A DNA stretch of 64,000 nt from Octopus bimaculoides (Eukaryota). Both the position numbers and the translations under genes were made by a program. Location: positions 49,897,796-49,961,795 of the forward strand of contig NC_068997.1 of NCBI RefSeq assembly GCF_001194135.2. The letters run 5' to 3'. The stretch's first letter is position 1. The number at the start of each line of letters is the position of its first letter. Positions 59,988-64,000 of the stretch are shown in pieces. The notes beneath the pieces were generated by a model. The model saw nothing but the letters and a program-made list of their open reading frames with translations, was not told the DNA's origin and searched no databases.

Positions 59988-61586
59988 GTCGATAAACTAG
60001 TTTTGACATAGTGTGTGTACATGTAATTATATACACAAGAATCCTCTCTTCTATAAGCACAAGGCCTGAAATTTAGTGGGAATGAGTAAGTCGACTACAT
60101 GGATTCCAGCGCTCAACTGGTACTTAATTTATCAATTTAAAATGGTGAAAGACAAAGTCAAACTCGGAGGAATTTGAACTCAGAATGCAAATACGGATGA
60201 AGTGTCACTCAGCATTTTGACCGGCGTGCTAATGGTTCTGTTAGCTCGCCGCCTTAATGATAATAACCATTTCTACTAAAGGCACAAGGCCTAGAATTTA
60301 TGGGGAGCGGGGATAGTCGATTACATCGACCCCCCCCCCCCCAGTACTTAACTGGTTCTTGATTTATCGACCCCCGAAAGGATGAAAGGCAAAGTCGACC
60401 CCGGTGGCGTTTGAACTCAGAACTAAGCGACGGGCAAAATACCGCTAAGCATTTCGCTCGGGCANNNNNNNNNNNNNNNNNNNNNNNNNNNNNNNNNNNN
60501 NNNNNNNNNNNNNNNNNNNNNNNNNNNNNNNNNNNNNNNNNNNNNNNNNNNNNNNNNNNNNNNNNNNNNNNNNNNNNNNNNNNNNNNNNNNNNNNNNNNN
60601 NNNNNNNNNNNNNNNNNNNNNNNNNNNNNNNNNNNNNNNNNNNNNNNNNNNNNNNNNNNNNNNNNNNNNNNNNNNNNNNNNNNNNNNNNNNNNNNNNNNN
60701 NNNNNNNNNNNNNNNNNNNNNNNNNNNNNNNNNNNNNNNNNNNNNNNNNNNNNNNNNNNNNNNNNNNNNNNNNNNNNNNNNNNNNNNNNNNNNNNNNNNN
60801 NNNNNNNNNNNNNNNNNNNNNNNNNNNNNNNNNNNNNNNNNNNNNNNNNNNNNNNNNNNNNNNNNNNNNNNNNNNNNNNNNNNNNNNNNNNNNNNNNNNN
60901 NNNNNNNNNNNNNNNNNNNNNNNNNNNNNNNNNNNNNNNNNNNNNNNNNNNNNNNNNNNNNNNNNNNNNNNNNNNNNNNNNNNNNNNNNNNNNNNNNNNN
61001 NNNNNNNNNNNNNNNNNNNNNNNNNNNNNNNNNNNNNNNNNNNNNNNNNNNNNNNNNNNNNNNNNNNNNNNNNNNNNNNNNNNNNNNNNNNNNNNNNNNN
61101 NNNNNNNNNNNNNNNNNNNNNNNNNNNNNNNNNNNNNNNNNNNNNNNNNNNNNNNNNNNNNNNNNNNNNNNNNNNNNNNNNNCGTGCCGAACGGTTTTAT
61201 CACTCTGTGCGCACCTCGGACAAATCCGTCTGACAGTACATCCGTACCTGTAGAGTTTATCTCGAACTGGTAGCGCCCCGCCTCCCGGTAGCACTGCCAG
61301 GCCAAGGACATCCGGAAATTATCCATGATAGTTTCTGACCGGAAAGTCGTCCGGAACAGACTAGCCAGTTCGTTCGCGTCGACGCCCAGAGTCTCCCCGA
61401 GAATGTCGTCGCACTTCAACAACAACAACAACAACAACAACAATAATAATAATAATCCTTTCTACTATAGGCACAAGGTATGACATTTTTGGGGGTGGGG
61501 TTAAGTTGATTACATCGATCCCAGTACTCAGCTGGTATTATATCATATAATAATAATAATAATAATAGTAATAATAATAATAATAA

Positions 61587-62126
61587 GGAATTTGTAGGTT
61601 ACGGGTGCTTGGTACCAAAATACACCGGAAAAGGTAATGGACGAAAAGGGGAAGGCAAAATATCCTCTGGAATATTGACTTCCAGACAGACAATGTCATA
61701 GAGCACCGAAGGCTGGACATAGTAAGCTTTAGGAGGGACAAACAAGAGTGGCTAATACTTGACGTGGCAGTGCCGGGAGATCAACATATCATGAAAGGAA
61801 GAGAAAAGGTTGATAAATATGGAGATCTGAGAATTGAGATTGCTAAGATGTGGCAGCTACGAGAGTCAAACATAAAGGTTATCTCTATAGTCATCGGAGC
61901 ATTGGGTTCAATAGCACCCAACTTGAAAAAACATCTGAAAACTATAGAAATACCCTACAGTCTAGATGTATTGCAAAAGTCGGCATTACTTGGAACTGCA
62001 TGCATATTGCGTAAAAATACTGTCTGTCTGAGGTCTTTGTTGTGACTTGACAAATAGTACAAACTCCCGGTAGACACAATATCTTCAATCGACAACCTCA
62101 CGATATTGTATATTGTGCGACGTCTA
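61587..62126 (+). mobile_element. R4/Dong-like LINE 3' end (third family) in a (TAA)n tract
   Basis: KILWNIDFQTDNVIEHRRLDIV...ILDVAVPGD...EKVDKYGDLRIEIAKMW...VISIVIGALG...LQKSALLGTACILRK, a REL endonuclease domain. Confidence 0.85.
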
Positions 62127-62146
62127 TAATAATAAAGCTCGCCGCT

Positions 62147-62195
<49 letters not shown>

Positions 62196-62329
62196 CAACA
62201 ACAATAATCCTTTTTACTATAGGCACAAGGCCTGAAATTTTGGGAGAGGAGTCAAGTCGGTTATATAAACCCCAGTACTCAACTGGTATTTATTTTATAA
62301 TTAGAATAACAACAACAACAATAATAATG

Positions 62330-62401
<72 letters not shown>

Positions 62402-62405
62402 TAAC

Positions 62406-63181
62406 AAGTAACTGTAGAATATGTGGAGATGGACAAGAAACAATAAATCATATTATCTCTGGCTGCCCAGTCCTGGCTAAGAAGGAATATATCCACAGAC
62501 ACGACAGAGCTGGGACCTATATACACTGGAAGCTATGCCAACATTATGGAATAACAACAGAAAAAAGATGGTATAAACACACGCCAGAAAAGGTCACAGA
62601 AAACGAGAAAGCAACCATACTCTGNNNNNNNNNNNNNNNNNNNNNNNNNNNNNNNNNNNNNNNNNNNNNNNNNNNNNNNNNNNNNNNNNNNNNNNNNNNN
62701 NNNNNNNNNNNNNNNNNNNNNNNNNNNNNNNNNNNNNNNNNNNNNNNNNNNNNNNNNNNNNNNNNNNNNNNNNNNNNNNNNNNNNNNNNNNNNNNNNNNN
62801 NNNNNNNNNNNNNNNNATGTATCAATACCAGCAGATGACAACGTTTCTCTAAAAGAAATGGAAAAACTTTCAAAATACAAAGACCTGGAAATAGAGATAA
62901 CTCGAATGTGGAATCTAAAAACAGAAACAATTCCTATCATAGTAGGTGCCTTAGGTATAATAAAAAAAAATACTGACAAATACATAACAAAAATAGCAGG
63001 ACTTACAAATATATATAACATACAGAAAATTGCACTACTGGGTACTGCACACATCCTACGCAAAACACTTTCAATACAGTAAACATAAGAGCACCACAGC
63101 AAACCACAGCACATACCCAAGGCGCACAGAGCTGCGCTCGGTAGTGAAGTGAAAGCACGTTATAAAAATAAAACTACTGAA
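62406..63181 (+). mobile_element. R4/Dong-like LINE 3' portion (with gap) in a (TAA)n tract
   Basis: C-terminal CCHC region remnant (ETINHIISGCPVLAKKEYIHRHD), KATIL, then KEMEKLSKYKDLEIEITRMWNLKTETIPIIVGALG...KIALLGTAHILRK; (TAA)n on both sides. Confidence 0.85.
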
Positions 63182-63740
63182 CAATAATAATAATAATAAT
63201 AATAAAAATCAACTTACAATAATTTAGAATAAATGAAGACAGTAATAATTTAGGCAATCAAAAAGAAAACTAAGATTTCGTCGTTGGCTGCGAAGCAAAA
63301 TAATATTATGTGGTGAATAATGAGAGGGAGATGTCCTAAACCAAAACTGTAGGGGTGGGGGTGGGGGGAAGCTGAATATTCAGAGTGCTTATTACTAAAA
63401 CTGTATTTGTTTCATTTGGAAATAAATATGGAATAAATTGTATTTAACTGTGTTACTGAAAATCTATAAACCTATAAATAGCATGTAAATATTCGATTGA
63501 AAATCGCTTGGATGGGAAAAAAAAGTGTCAGAGGTTACCCACAGAATTCGAACCTGTATTTTCTGTAAACTTGAGAGACGTTCTGCCATGATACGAAAGC
63601 AACTTTTCAAATTTTTCTACGCTTATTTTAGAAACGTTGTTCCCTCCGGCGAGATTTATGTTGTTTGCACTGTAAGAATCTCGAAACTTCAAGAGATATG
63701 AAATAAATCGTTCTTTAAACTCTGTGTCCTACATACTATT

Positions 63741-63791
<51 letters not shown>

Positions 63792-63792
63792 C

Positions 63793-63844
<52 letters not shown>

Positions 63845-63937
63845 CAGACAGATAGATTGATTGATTTATCAACTTTGAATTCTACCGATAAAAACGGTTT
63901 AGTTCACATGCATACACACACACGTATGTGTGTCCCT

Positions 63938-64000
<63 letters not shown>

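Noticed and set aside
9585-61443. Many long ORFs in the track filled with X (e.g. 9585-10409, 25140-25901, 44802-45647, 50741-51703, 53893-54948, 58877-59698, 60254-61443)
   Set aside because: They are open only because they run through N assembly gaps.

Overview
Eukaryotic, AT-rich, microsatellite- and SINE-dense gapped scaffold. It is most likely from a cephalopod (Octopus-like), inferred from the FFamide precursor, the repeat landscape and long repeat-filled introns. Three host genes are supported. (1) An intact, intronless TBCE (tubulin-specific chaperone E) ORF on the minus strand (4442-5920). (2) Head-to-head with it, a 13-coding-exon REXO5-like DEDDh RNA exonuclease on the plus strand (8231-32369), rebuilt by hand from splice sites, reading phase and motifs. 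(3) A molluscan FFamide (SIFamide-type) neuropeptide precursor on the minus strand (main exon 50379-50681, predicted ATG-bearing first exon near 53700, with CCAAT/TATA-like promoter). The rest is mobile DNA: a near-complete but frameshifted Hsmar1-like mariner, Tigger and DD37D remnants, Merlin-, hAT-, piggyBac- and Kolobok-type MITEs, a HINE/Helentron-like element, RTE, Tx1-like, CR1-like and Gypsy fragments, five R4/Dong-type LINE ends all embedded in (TAA)n tracts, and several tRNA-derived SINE families. The most unusual signal is a small repeat family that joins a tRNA-like Pol III head to a Penelope-type minimal hammerhead ribozyme (29216-29560). A related inverted copy (51781) begins exactly at the predicted self-cleavage site. 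No CRISPR, rRNA or genuine tRNA genes were seen. All identifications are by eye and from recalled family motifs; no database searches were run.
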